Assembly (NCBI GenBank): GCA_945871035.1
Contig: CAMBUD010000006.1
Coordinates: 1,859 to 65,858 of the forward strand
DNA from: Planctomicrobium piriforme
GTDB lineage: Bacteria; Planctomycetota; Planctomycetia; Pirellulales; UBA1268
Length of the DNA: 64,000 bases
Reading direction: 5' to 3'
This document shows positions 40,181 to 49,187 of this stretch, piece after piece. The notes under the pieces were generated by a model, which was given only the letters and a program-made list of their open reading frames with translations, ran no database searches and had not been told where the DNA came from. The position numbers were made by a program, and so were the translations under genes. Every line of letters starts with the position of its first letter. Within the stretch, counting starts at the first letter, position 1.

Positions 40181-42106
40181 ATGGCCGATATTCTTCCCAC
40201 CATCATGTCTCCCCGCGATCTGCAGGGGCTATCCATTGACCAGCTTGAGCAACTGGCAGCCGAGATGCGTCGTGCCCTCTGCGAAGTGGCTGCGACCCGC
40301 ACTGCACATTTTGCTTCAAACCTCGGTGTTGTGGAACTTTGCCTTGCGTTGCATCGCGTCTTTGATTTCAGCCGCGACCGTCTGATTTGGGATACCGGTC
40401 ACCAGATTTATCCACACAAACTGATCACGGGTCGCTTTGGCCGCTTTGGCACGATGCGGACCAAAGGAGGGTTGATGGGGTTTCCCAACCCCGATGAGAG
40501 TCCCTACGACCTGTTTATGACTGGCCACGCCGGGTCAAGTATTTCAACGGCTCTTGGGCTGGCCAGCGGCGACGGTCTCTGCGGCCGTTTGGATCGCTAC
40601 ACCGTGGCGGTGATTGGAGACGGAGCTCTACCGTCCGGCATTGTTTTTGAGGCACTCAATAACGCGGGTTTTTTAAAGAAGCGTCTGTTGGTGATCCTCA
40701 ACGACAATAAGATGTCGATTTGCCCGCGCGTAGGCGCTCTGGCCGAATATCTCGACGTGATTCGGACAAACCCTTGGTATCGCGGCATCAAGCAGCAGGC
40801 TGGTGGATTGATCAAGGGCGTGCCGATGGTCGGCGAGTCAATGGAGCGAATGCTCCTCAACTTTAAAGACTCGCTCAAGGCAACACTCCACGGTGGCATG
40901 CTCTTTGAGGCAATGGGGGTTCGCTATTTTGGCCCCGTTGAGGGGCATTCTCTGCCAAACCTCATGCGTTACTTGGAGCTCGTAAAAGACGAGCCGGGGC
41001 CGGTGTTGCTGCACGTGCTCACCGAAAAGGGACACGGCTTTAAGCCAGCTGAAGCCGATCCTGTTTTTTTTCATACCCCTGCACCATTTGAATGCGATGA
41101 CGACGACTGCATCATCTCCATTAAGAAGTCGTCTGCACGGGGCTATACCGACGTTGCCAGCACGGCCATCGCCAGCTGCCTGCGGCGCGACCAGCGCGTG
41201 ACGGTTCTGACGGCAGCTATGTGCCAAGGCAACAAATTAGAGCAAGTGCGAGAGGAATTTCCCGATCGTTTCTTCGATGTAGGCATCTGTGAATCACACG
41301 CGGTGGCGTTTGCTGCCGGGCAGGCAAAAGTGGGTTGTCGGCCAATTGTTGATATCTACAGCACGTTTCTGCAGCGATCGTTCGATCAGATCTTTCAGGA
41401 GGTCTGCCTGCAAAACCTGCCCATTGTTTTCATGCTTGATCGGGCAGGTCTGACGGGCCCTGATGGTCCCACGCACCACGGCGCATTTGATTTGGGCTAC
41501 ATGCGACTGTTTCCCAACATGGTCGTTTTGGCACCGGGTGATGAGCACGACCTCGTGGCGATGCTCGACTGGGCCATGCAGCATAATGGACCAGTCGCCA
41601 TCCGTTATCCAAAGGCGTTGGCCGAACAGCAAGGAGGTTCACGTGCTGCGATCGAACTGGGCCAGGCAGAGGTGTTTACCGACGGGAGCGATGGACTGAT
41701 CATTGCCTGTGGCACGTTGCTTGGGGTGTCGCTGGCTGCTGCCGCGCAACTGCGTGAGGTGGGGCTTGACGTGGGCGTGATCAATGCCCGATTTGTTAAG
41801 CCGCTCGGCACACAACTGTTGTTCGAGAAGATCGAGGCAGCACCGTGGGTGGTCACCGTCGAAGAAAACGTCTTGTCAACCGGCTTTGGTAGTGCTGTCT
41901 TGGAGGCTATCAATGAGGCGCGATTGTCGACCGGCACAATTGTGCGACTGGGGTTGCCTGATCGTTTTGTCGAGCATGGTGAGCGGGGTGAACTGCTTGC
42001 CGATCTAGGGCTAGATGCGGCAGGCATCGCGTTAACCTGTCTCCGGCTGGCCGGTCGCGATCCACAACCGGCTGATCCCGTCGAACCTGCGGCAACTCAC
42101 CGCTAG
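40181..42106 (+). CDS. dxs: 1-deoxy-D-xylulose-5-phosphate synthase
   Basis: 641 aa. GHQIYPHKLITGR, the TPP motif IGDGALPSGIVFEALNNA, and DVGICESHAV and RAGLTGPDGPTHHG. Confidence 0.97.
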   Translation: MADILPTIMSPRDLQGLSIDQLEQLAAEMRRALCEVAATRTAHFASNLGVVELCLALHRVFDFSRDRLIWDTGHQIYPHKLITGRFGRFGTMRTKGGLMGFPNPDESPYDLFMTGHAGSSISTALGLASGDGLCGRLDRYTVAVIGDGALPSGIVFEALNNAGFLKKRLLVILNDNKMSICPRVGALAEYLDVIRTNPWYRGIKQQAGGLIKGVPMVGESMERMLLNFKDSLKATLHGGMLFEAMGVRYFGPVEGHSLPNLMRYLELVKDEPGPVLLHVLTEKGHGFKPAEADPVFFHTPAPFECDDDDCIISIKKSSARGYTDVASTAIASCLRRDQRVTVLTAAMCQGNKLEQVREEFPDRFFDVGICESHAVAFAAGQAKVGCRPIVDIYSTFLQRSFDQIFQEVCLQNLPIVFMLDRAGLTGPDGPTHHGAFDLGYMRLFPNMVVLAPGDEHDLVAMLDWAMQHNGPVAIRYPKALAEQQGGSRAAIELGQAEVFTDGSDGLIIACGTLLGVSLAAAAQLREVGLDVGVINARFVKPLGTQLLFEKIEAAPWVVTVEENVLSTGFGSAVLEAINEARLSTGTIVRLGLPDRFVEHGERGELLADLGLDAAGIALTCLRLAGRDPQPADPVEPAATHR

Positions 42107-42117
42107 CCTTTTCTTGC

Positions 42118-43044
42118 GTGCGTGGCTCGTCCATGAAAAATTCCTCTCGTCTCCTTTCGCAGCACCCTGCCCCTGTATCGCTGCGTGTGGTCATCGTTGG
42201 TCCGAGTGGCTTGACCAATGTGGAAAAAGAATCACAACGGATGGCATTGCTCCTTGCGGAGCGAGGCTATGACGTTTCTTGCCGGCTAGGTTTTTCTGGC
42301 AAAGGGGAATTGGTCCAATCCGATCTAGTTATTGTTCTTGGAGGGGATGGTTCCATCCTGCGCACGGCACGGTGGATGGGCTACAGTCAGACCCCTGTTC
42401 TCGGCGTGAATCTTGGCAGGCTCGGCTTTCTTGCAGGTTGCTCCCAAGAAGAGGTGCCTGAAGTCTTTGACGAGATCGCTGCCGGACGTTTTCACTTGGT
42501 CGATCATCTTATGTTTGAGTGCGAAGTGTTTCGCGCTGGGCAGTCGATCCATCACGAATTGGGTCTCAACGAGACATCGATTGTCGCCGGACAACCGTTC
42601 TCAATGATCGAGATCGGCCTCCATGTTGATGGCAAACTGGCCACAACCTACCGCGGTGACGGGCTCATTGTGAGCACACCGGTTGGGTCAACCGCCTACA
42701 ATCTTTCCGCCGGCGGCCCGATTGTGCGCAAAGACTTAGACGCCTTTATCTTCACGCCGCTGAACCCGCATACGCTCACCAATCGCACCGTTATTGATTC
42801 GGCCGCCCGAGAATACGAACTGCTGATTGCACATCCCAACCAGGGATCCGCTTGTGTTGTCGACGGACAGGTTGTGACTGCTCTTCTCGCTGGTGACCGC
42901 GTGCTGGTGCGTCGCGCAGCGTCACGTTTTTCACTCATCGAGACGCGACACCATGGTTATTACCGCACTTTGCGGGACAAACTGGCGTGGGGGGGCGTTT
43001 TGGGAAGCACCGCTTTGCAGGCCAGAGACGAACAATCGCAATGA
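42118..43044 (+). CDS. nadK: NAD+ kinase
   Basis: VIVLGGDGSILRTAR and GDGLIVSTPVGSTAYNLSAGGPIV. The track start is a GTG; ATG 42133 is an alternative. Confidence 0.92.
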   Translation: MRGSSMKNSSRLLSQHPAPVSLRVVIVGPSGLTNVEKESQRMALLLAERGYDVSCRLGFSGKGELVQSDLVIVLGGDGSILRTARWMGYSQTPVLGVNLGRLGFLAGCSQEEVPEVFDEIAAGRFHLVDHLMFECEVFRAGQSIHHELGLNETSIVAGQPFSMIEIGLHVDGKLATTYRGDGLIVSTPVGSTAYNLSAGGPIVRKDLDAFIFTPLNPHTLTNRTVIDSAAREYELLIAHPNQGSACVVDGQVVTALLAGDRVLVRRAASRFSLIETRHHGYYRTLRDKLAWGGVLGSTALQARDEQSQ

Positions 43045-43976
43045 TGGCACCACAATTGTTGCAGCATCTCCCAGCCGACGCGCACTGGAGTCCGCGTTAC
43101 AAGAGAACAGCCTGGATGACACTCGGCCCGGTGCTGGTTGTGGGATTGCTTGTGCCGGTATCGGCTGCAGAGCCGGTCTTCAAGCAGTTGGAGGCGCCAG
43201 CAACCGATCAGCCAGTGCAGTTGGAGTATCACTTTCGCAGCGGCGAGCGCATCAACACGGAGGTGGCGCATCGCGCTCTCACCGAGACAACAATTGGCGG
43301 CACCACACAGTCGACGGATACAGCCACCGACTCGACGAAGACATGGCTAGTCGTGTCAGTCGATTCTGAGGGGCGGGCGACGCTCGAACACTCCGTCGAT
43401 GGCGTTACGATGACTTCTCGCACCAGTGACCGCGGACAGGTGCGGTGGAGCAGTCGCGACAACCAGCCGCCCCCGCCGGGCTACGAGGGTGTCAAACAAA
43501 GTCTGGGAGTGCCGCTTGCAAGACTGGTTGTCGACCGTACCGGCCGTGTCATCGAGCGACAGGATCTTCGACCGAGCCCACCCTCGAACACCGGCGACCT
43601 CGTAGTTGTGCCATTACCTGACGAAGCGGTGGTTGTGGGGGCTGAATGGACCGTGCCGCAGGAGGTGGTGGTAGAGGTGCCAAATGGGCCGCGGAAGGCT
43701 GTGCGCACGCGACTGCGATACCAACTCGAAGGCGTGCACGACGGCATTGCCACAATTTGTGTCGATACAACAGTGCTGACGCCGCTCGATGATCCACGAT
43801 TGGAGGCGCGTCTGCTCGAACGGATCTGGGATGGAACGATTATCTTTGACATTGCCCGTGGCCGCGTGATCCGACGCACGACAGGGATTGATCGTCGGGT
43901 AGTCGGCTTCAGCGGGCCAGAATCGAGCCTGCGATACAAGGCGAGTCTTGAAGAACGGCTGATCGAGCAGCCGTGA
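43041..43976 (+). CDS. Hypothetical exported protein
   Basis: ATG 43041 overlaps the nadK stop (ATGATG). Signal/TM segment WMTLGPVLVVGLLVPVSAAEP. No recognised domain. Confidence 0.5.
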   Translation: MMAPQLLQHLPADAHWSPRYKRTAWMTLGPVLVVGLLVPVSAAEPVFKQLEAPATDQPVQLEYHFRSGERINTEVAHRALTETTIGGTTQSTDTATDSTKTWLVVSVDSEGRATLEHSVDGVTMTSRTSDRGQVRWSSRDNQPPPPGYEGVKQSLGVPLARLVVDRTGRVIERQDLRPSPPSNTGDLVVVPLPDEAVVVGAEWTVPQEVVVEVPNGPRKAVRTRLRYQLEGVHDGIATICVDTTVLTPLDDPRLEARLLERIWDGTIIFDIARGRVIRRTTGIDRRVVGFSGPESSLRYKASLEERLIEQP

Positions 43977-43997
43977 TCGGCCAGGCTGAGACGGTTT

Positions 43998-45662
43998 TTA
44001 CCCTGCCCGCAGCACGTCTTCCACGCGGCGAATCGCCTCTTCCACATCCCATTTTGAGTTGGCGATCACAATCTGTGATCGCTGGGAAACCCAATCCCCG
44101 ACCGTCTTTTGCGCTGAGATCACGGTTGAATGGCTACGACGACCAAAGTAGGAACCGATCTCCGTGAGTGCTGAGGGAGTGTGCTTGCGGGCGAGATACA
44201 TCGCCAGCATGCGTGGATGGTTGACTGTTTTTGCACGGCGCGATGATTGCAGGCTCCCAGAATCAATCCCAAAAGTATCGCACACGGCTCGTTCAATGTC
44301 TGCCAGTCGCACGCTGCGGGTATTTGATCGGACGAGGTCAGAAAGTGACTCTTCGGCCATGGCAGAAGTGATTGGAAGTCCGAGCATGTGACTTGTTGCT
44401 TCCAGCCGGTTGACGGCTCCCGCGAGTTCGCGTGCATGGCGAGTCATACGAGTGGCAATGAAATGAACGACATCGTCTGGAATCAACAGTCCACGCCGAA
44501 TCGCAATGGCCGCAACAATGCCTCGACGCACTTCGTAGTCGGCAGGCAAAATTCTGGCATGCATTCCCCCTTTCAAACGTGTGACAAGGTCGGGCCCCAG
44601 TCCGTCAAGGGCCTCGCTTTCACAGTCGCAGGCAAAGACCATCTGCTTTCCATGCCTGTGGAGTGCGTCGACGGTGTGCTGCAGTTCCATGATGGTAGCG
44701 CGCTTGCCGACAAAAAATTGAATGTCATCAATGACAAGCAAGTCGGTGCTGCGGCAGGTGCGACGAAATCCCGGCAAACCACTGCCATGCAAGGCCTGTA
44801 AAAAACTGGTCGTGAACTGTTCTGCAGACAAAAAGAGCACCGAAATTCCGGGATGCATTTGTCGAATGTGCGCACACATAGCCTCGATTAGATGGGTCTT
44901 CCCAACACCGCTGGCACCGTGCAGGAGCAGCGGTGAAATCTCGCCGGGCCTCGCACACGCCAGTTCAACCGCTGCAAATGCCATGCGGTTGCTCGGCCCG
45001 ACAACAAAAGCATCGAGACCCGGGACAATTCTTTTGCCGATTATTCCAGTCCCTGTAACGGGCTGCGCAGCGATACCGGTGGGAATATTTTTGGCAGCCG
45101 TCTGCTGCGGCGACTTTTTGCCAATTTTATTTTTTGCGGGAGCAATGCTGGCTCCACCGCTGGGTTCAGTCGACGGAACGAGCCCAGTGGCTTGCAAGGG
45201 CAATGGAGTCACTGTCTGCCAGACAACGCGAACCACTCGTCCGCAGGCCTCTTGGGCGGCGGCCTCAAAGTCGGCACGAAATGTTTTTCGCAGCCACTCG
45301 TGACCGGCGGCACTACCAATCCCAACGAGGAGGCAGTCTTCATCAGCCTGGCCATTGCGTGTGACTGTATCGAGGAGTTCTGGCGAAACTTCTGCCAGTA
45401 TCAAAGAGAGTCGCACAACGGAAATCGTCGCCGAATCGCCAAACCAAACCCCATACCGTTCCGTGCCGATTCGCTTCTGAAACGCTTGGCTCACACGCTC
45501 GACAATCGTCGCATTGCGGTCTGTGTCGCCGTGGCCGTCGTGCTGCAGTCCAGAAAGCTGCGGCGCATTCGATTTTGGAGCATGAGGAGCAGTTGTATTC
45601 ATTACCCGCCCACGTAACGGATCACGAAACGATGCTTCAGTTACGCCAATCGCTTTTGCCAT
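43998..45662 (-). CDS. dnaA: Chromosomal replication initiator protein DnaA
   Basis: AAA+ Walker A LLHGASGVGKTHL and Walker B LLVIDDIQFF. DNA-binding domain HPRMLAMYLARKHTPSALTEIGSYFGRRSHSTVISAQ. The start is either ATG 45662 (MAKAIGV...) or the upstream ATG 45713. Confidence 0.95.
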   Translation of the reverse strand: MAKAIGVTEASFRDPLRGRVMNTTAPHAPKSNAPQLSGLQHDGHGDTDRNATIVERVSQAFQKRIGTERYGVWFGDSATISVVRLSLILAEVSPELLDTVTRNGQADEDCLLVGIGSAAGHEWLRKTFRADFEAAAQEACGRVVRVVWQTVTPLPLQATGLVPSTEPSGGASIAPAKNKIGKKSPQQTAAKNIPTGIAAQPVTGTGIIGKRIVPGLDAFVVGPSNRMAFAAVELACARPGEISPLLLHGASGVGKTHLIEAMCAHIRQMHPGISVLFLSAEQFTTSFLQALHGSGLPGFRRTCRSTDLLVIDDIQFFVGKRATIMELQHTVDALHRHGKQMVFACDCESEALDGLGPDLVTRLKGGMHARILPADYEVRRGIVAAIAIRRGLLIPDDVVHFIATRMTRHARELAGAVNRLEATSHMLGLPITSAMAEESLSDLVRSNTRSVRLADIERAVCDTFGIDSGSLQSSRRAKTVNHPRMLAMYLARKHTPSALTEIGSYFGRRSHSTVISAQKTVGDWVSQRSQIVIANSKWDVEEAIRRVEDVLRAG

Positions 45663-46092
45663 GGAACGTCCTGCACCAGGCACCCGCCCGCTGTTGCACA
45701 GATTTCCCCACATCCATCCGTAGATCGAGTTCTAAAACCTGAGGTGCGCGAGTATAGGGGTGCTTGCACTGCTGTCAAACCATGCCAGCACTCTGTGCGA
45801 AAGAGAGCCAATCAGCACGTCTTCGACTCACAAAACTGGCAAAGAACCATGCCCGAAATATAAATTAAAAAATCCTTTATTGGGTCGGGCTCACGGTGAA
45901 TAACTTGTGGAAAACACGTTAACAGGAATATTTTTGGGCGGTGCCCCACGGTAACTGGGAATTCTTCTATACTTTTGCCCGATTGTCTTGGCGACGGTTG
46001 GAATCGGTTTATTTTGGCGCAAGTTTCTCGAAATCTTTTGGCGAATACTACGGCACTTGGCAATAGAATCGTCAACATAAGGCAAGAGTAGT
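45663..46092. other. Putative oriC / dnaA promoter region (AT-enriched intergenic)
   Basis: The largest intergenic gap in the window (430 bp), directly upstream of dnaA. A 26-nt run at 45856-45881 is 24/26 A/T. It has one 8/9 DnaA-box match and four spaced TTGGC(G/A)(A/C) direct repeats. Confidence 0.35.
45906..45914 (-). promoter_or_regulatory. DnaA-box-like 9-mer TTTTCCACA (8/9 to TTATCCACA)
   Basis: TGTGGAAAA on the plus strand, read directly. It fits the relaxed TTWTNCACA consensus. It is the only strong match in the region. Confidence 0.3.
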
Positions 46093-47337
46093 TTGATAGA
46101 AAATTATTCTGCATTCGTATTCAAGATAAAACGAGTTGCCATACCGGCTCTCATCGGCATGGCCGTGCTAGGTTCCCCGTGCGAAGTTCAACTGCGAAGT
46201 GCAACTGCAGATGAGGAAAAAAAACCAATCGATGCCCTGCCTTTTCAGCCGGGCGAGATCTCCATCGGTGAACCGCTGCACCTTCCGCTCAAGACAGGGG
46301 CAACCACGGCCAAGGAATCTGCGCCACGGCGGTTGACGGTTCCGGAAAAAGATCCTGGCAACGCCGATACCATACGGAATGATCTTGCGAGCGGGAGTGG
46401 GTGGCTTGGTATTACAGTCGACGATTCACTCATCATTGGCCGCTTGGTTATTGTTGAAATAGCCGAAAAAAGCCCGGCCTTAGCCGCAGGCATCACGCTG
46501 CAGGATGTGTTATTGGCTATCGATGGCACTACGCTTAGCAGTTCTGATCAACTGGCAGCAGCTTTGGCGGCAATTGTTCCCGGTAAACCTGTGAAGGTGT
46601 CTGTGGGGCGAAAGGACCGGATTGACGAGGTGATCATAACGGCGATAGCCCGTCCCCAAGAGGCGATAGCGCGCGATTGGCAGGCGGTCAGTCAGGTACA
46701 GACGGCCACTTCCAGCAATGCCGCACGAGCGACCACATCCCTTCCCGCGCCCGCGCTCCTGGAATCAGTTGCCCCAGCGTCAGACACACCAAAGGCCACG
46801 CCGCTTGGGCGGACGGCCCTTGGCGTGCGTACCATTCCGGTCGATTTAAATGCGCAGGCCCGTTTTCATCTTTCTCAGCCCGCCGGTGCCCTTGTTATCG
46901 GGGTTGTGCAGAACCTTCCCGCATCCAAGGCGGGCGTGCCACCGGGCAGCGTGATTGTCGCGATAGATAGCCAACCGGTTCGTTCCCCAAAGGAGTTGAC
47001 TCAATTGGTGGCCAATGGCCGAATCGATACACCAGTTACGCTGCAGTATGTCATGCCTGGAGGAGAAGCGCGCGAGGCAAAGGTGTCGCTCCAGTCGCTT
47101 GAAGTTCCACTGGAACGCGTCTTAGTTGGTGAAGCATTCTCGCAGCCCACAGCAGAGGGAGGCGCTGTGGGCCGTATCGCACAGAAGCAGAGATTGGGTG
47201 ATGTCGGTGCGGCAGCCGAGGAAATTTCCCCACAGCCACCAGCGCAATCGCTGGCAGAGGAAGTTCAGGTGCTCAGAAAGCAGATTGATTTTCTGGAACG
47301 CAAGTTGCAGCGCATCGAGACCGATCTGCAACGCTGA
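46093..47337 (+). CDS. Exported protein with two PDZ domains and a C-terminal coiled coil
   Basis: Signal-like KRVAIPALIGMAVLGSP. PDZ blocks are VEIAEKSPALAAGITLQDVLLAIDG and GVVQNLPASKAGVPPGSVIVAIDS. The track start is a TTG, so the start is uncertain. Confidence 0.65.
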   Translation: MIENYSAFVFKIKRVAIPALIGMAVLGSPCEVQLRSATADEEKKPIDALPFQPGEISIGEPLHLPLKTGATTAKESAPRRLTVPEKDPGNADTIRNDLASGSGWLGITVDDSLIIGRLVIVEIAEKSPALAAGITLQDVLLAIDGTTLSSSDQLAAALAAIVPGKPVKVSVGRKDRIDEVIITAIARPQEAIARDWQAVSQVQTATSSNAARATTSLPAPALLESVAPASDTPKATPLGRTALGVRTIPVDLNAQARFHLSQPAGALVIGVVQNLPASKAGVPPGSVIVAIDSQPVRSPKELTQLVANGRIDTPVTLQYVMPGGEAREAKVSLQSLEVPLERVLVGEAFSQPTAEGGAVGRIAQKQRLGDVGAAAEEISPQPPAQSLAEEVQVLRKQIDFLERKLQRIETDLQR

Positions 47338-47377
47338 TTGAATGAAAAAATGGTGCACCCGTGCCACACTAGAAGCA

Positions 47378-48214
47378 CTAGGACTCGAGGCTCAAGGCTC
47401 GCGGCGACTGATGTTCCCCTGCCAGGTCGATTTTTAGTTTGAATCGTGATAACTCTGCCTCCAGTGACACGCCACTCGGTCCGGGCAGGGCTGCGGCTTT
47501 CTTTCCTGCGCGCGAAGGCTCTTTTCGTAATCGCTGATCGCCGCTGCGACGTCCTCCGGCAGTGGCCCACGCTTCGGCCTCATCGGAGAGGTGCACGAGC
47601 AATCGCTCCAAGCCCGCACGGTGCCACTCAATGCCGCGGCGATCGAGTTCGGCTGGAATGCTGATGGCACGACTGACAACGCCCCGCGCTCGCGACCAAG
47701 GCTTCGGAATGGCAAAGCGATCCCACGTGCCCAGTCGCCAGGGGCGTTGGTAGCCGATCCCCATTGCCACGATTGGGATGCCCAGCGTGCTCGCCAAGAA
47801 GATACAACCTGCTGCTAGTGTGCGCCTTGGTCCGCGCGGGCCATCAGGAGTGATCGTGAGATTTTCCTTCTCAGCGCGACTGCTCAGCAATCGCAGCGCG
47901 ATCGAACCGCCCTTGAATGTGCTACCGCGCACCACGCCATAGCCCATCATGCGGGCAACTCGATCGAGAATATTTGCATCATCATGACGCGACAGCAGCA
48001 TCGCGATATTTGCATGACCCCGCAGAAAGAGAGGCAGCAGGATATTTTCGTGCCAAAATAGATAGATTTTTGTACCGCGATAGTCGGGGTGCACAGGATC
48101 AACCGTGGGGTCACCAAAGTCGACGCGGCATTCGAGGGTGTGCATCCACTGCCGAATGCACGCCGTTGAAAGGAGTGACCAAGCTCCAATGGCAAGCGAA
48201 GACTTCAATTTCAC
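47378..48214 (-). CDS. Lysophospholipid acyltransferase-like DUF374 family protein
   Basis: IYLFWHENILLPLFLRGHANIAMLLSRHDDANILDRVARMMGYGVVRGSTFKGG...TPDGPRGP is a DUF374 pattern. This family is often linked with waaA in other bacteria. Confidence 0.65.
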   Translation of the reverse strand: MKLKSSLAIGAWSLLSTACIRQWMHTLECRVDFGDPTVDPVHPDYRGTKIYLFWHENILLPLFLRGHANIAMLLSRHDDANILDRVARMMGYGVVRGSTFKGGSIALRLLSSRAEKENLTITPDGPRGPRRTLAAGCIFLASTLGIPIVAMGIGYQRPWRLGTWDRFAIPKPWSRARGVVSRAISIPAELDRRGIEWHRAGLERLLVHLSDEAEAWATAGGRRSGDQRLRKEPSRAGKKAAALPGPSGVSLEAELSRFKLKIDLAGEHQSPRALSLES

Positions 48215-48259
48215 AAACTCAATCCCTTCCCTGGGCTACATGTGTAGGCAGGCAGCCCA

Positions 48260-49159
48260 TCAGGCGTTCTGCCACGTTCCTTCGAATACCTCTTCAGCAG
48301 GACCGGTCATAAAAACGGTTCCCGCTTCGTCCCACTCCAGATGCAATACTCCTCCGGGCACTTCAGCAGCAACCCGGCGGCCCGTGCGGCCACTGAGCGC
48401 ACCAGCTACGCAAACGGCCGATGCACCGGTGCCGCAGGCCTGCGTGATGCCACTGCCCCGCTCCCACGTGCGCATCCGCACGTGCTCCTGCGAGAGCACT
48501 TCAACAAAGTGCACGTTGACTCGCTTGGGAAAGATGGCATGCGTTTCAATTTTCGGACCGATGATTTCTAGTGGAACGCGAGCAGTGTCTTTACAAAAAA
48601 AGATAACGTGCGGATTTCCCATCGATACGCATGTCATTCGCGGGTCGAGGCCTACGGCTTGCCACCACGGCTCAGCCTGTCCAACTGCCGGACAGATGGC
48701 ATCCACAACCTGTTCGGCTGCTGCCCCTGCGTTTGGGATGCAGACAGGAATATCAGCGGCTCGCAGAAGTGGTTGCCCCATATCGACCCGCACCATCGAA
48801 CTGCGATTGCTGCTGCGAGTGACAACAAGCGAGAGTACGCCACGACCGGTCTCAATCGTGATTGGCCCCTCGGGCGCATGGCCACGCGCTACTACCAAGT
48901 GCGCAACACAGCGCACGCCATTGCCACACATTTCAGCCTCACTACCGTCGGCGTTAAACATGCGCATGCGGGCTGCGGCAACCTTCGAAGGCAGCACAAG
49001 CACGAGGCCATCTCCGCCAATTCCCCGGTGTCGATCGGAAATCTGCGTTGCGAGTGTTTGCGGATCAGTTGGGACTCGTTCCGTAAAGCAGTCGATGTAA
49101 ACGTAATCGTTTCCGGCTCCATGCATCTTCACAAAGAGTGTTGGTTGGTTGTGTGTCAT
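48260..49159 (-). CDS. dapF: Diaminopimelate epimerase
   Basis: FVKMHGAGNDYVYID, the first catalytic Cys MCGNGVRC, and the second catalytic Cys region SGITQACGTGASA. Confidence 0.93.
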   Translation of the reverse strand: MTHNQPTLFVKMHGAGNDYVYIDCFTERVPTDPQTLATQISDRHRGIGGDGLVLVLPSKVAAARMRMFNADGSEAEMCGNGVRCVAHLVVARGHAPEGPITIETGRGVLSLVVTRSSNRSSMVRVDMGQPLLRAADIPVCIPNAGAAAEQVVDAICPAVGQAEPWWQAVGLDPRMTCVSMGNPHVIFFCKDTARVPLEIIGPKIETHAIFPKRVNVHFVEVLSQEHVRMRTWERGSGITQACGTGASAVCVAGALSGRTGRRVAAEVPGGVLHLEWDEAGTVFMTGPAEEVFEGTWQNA

Positions 49160-49187
49160 GCAGTGTTTGTTGTTTGGTCTGCGCTCT

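Noticed and set aside
45896-45925. parS-like or multiple DnaA boxes around TGTGGAAAACACGTTAACA.
   Set aside because: The core is CACGTT, not the palindromic CACGTG with TGTTTC/GAAACA arms. Only one 9-mer fits the DnaA-box consensus, and the same TGTGGAAA octamer occurs by chance at 5488-5495 and about 8094.
48105-49100. 331-aa plus-strand ORF antisense to dapF. Similar long antisense ORFs occur at 37364..38086, 43481..44047, 16825..17346, 23096..23548 and 62329..62949.
   Set aside because: Each lies opposite a gene with unambiguous conserved motifs. Their translations are Arg/Ser/Cys/Pro-rich and low-complexity, which is typical of GC-driven shadow ORFs.
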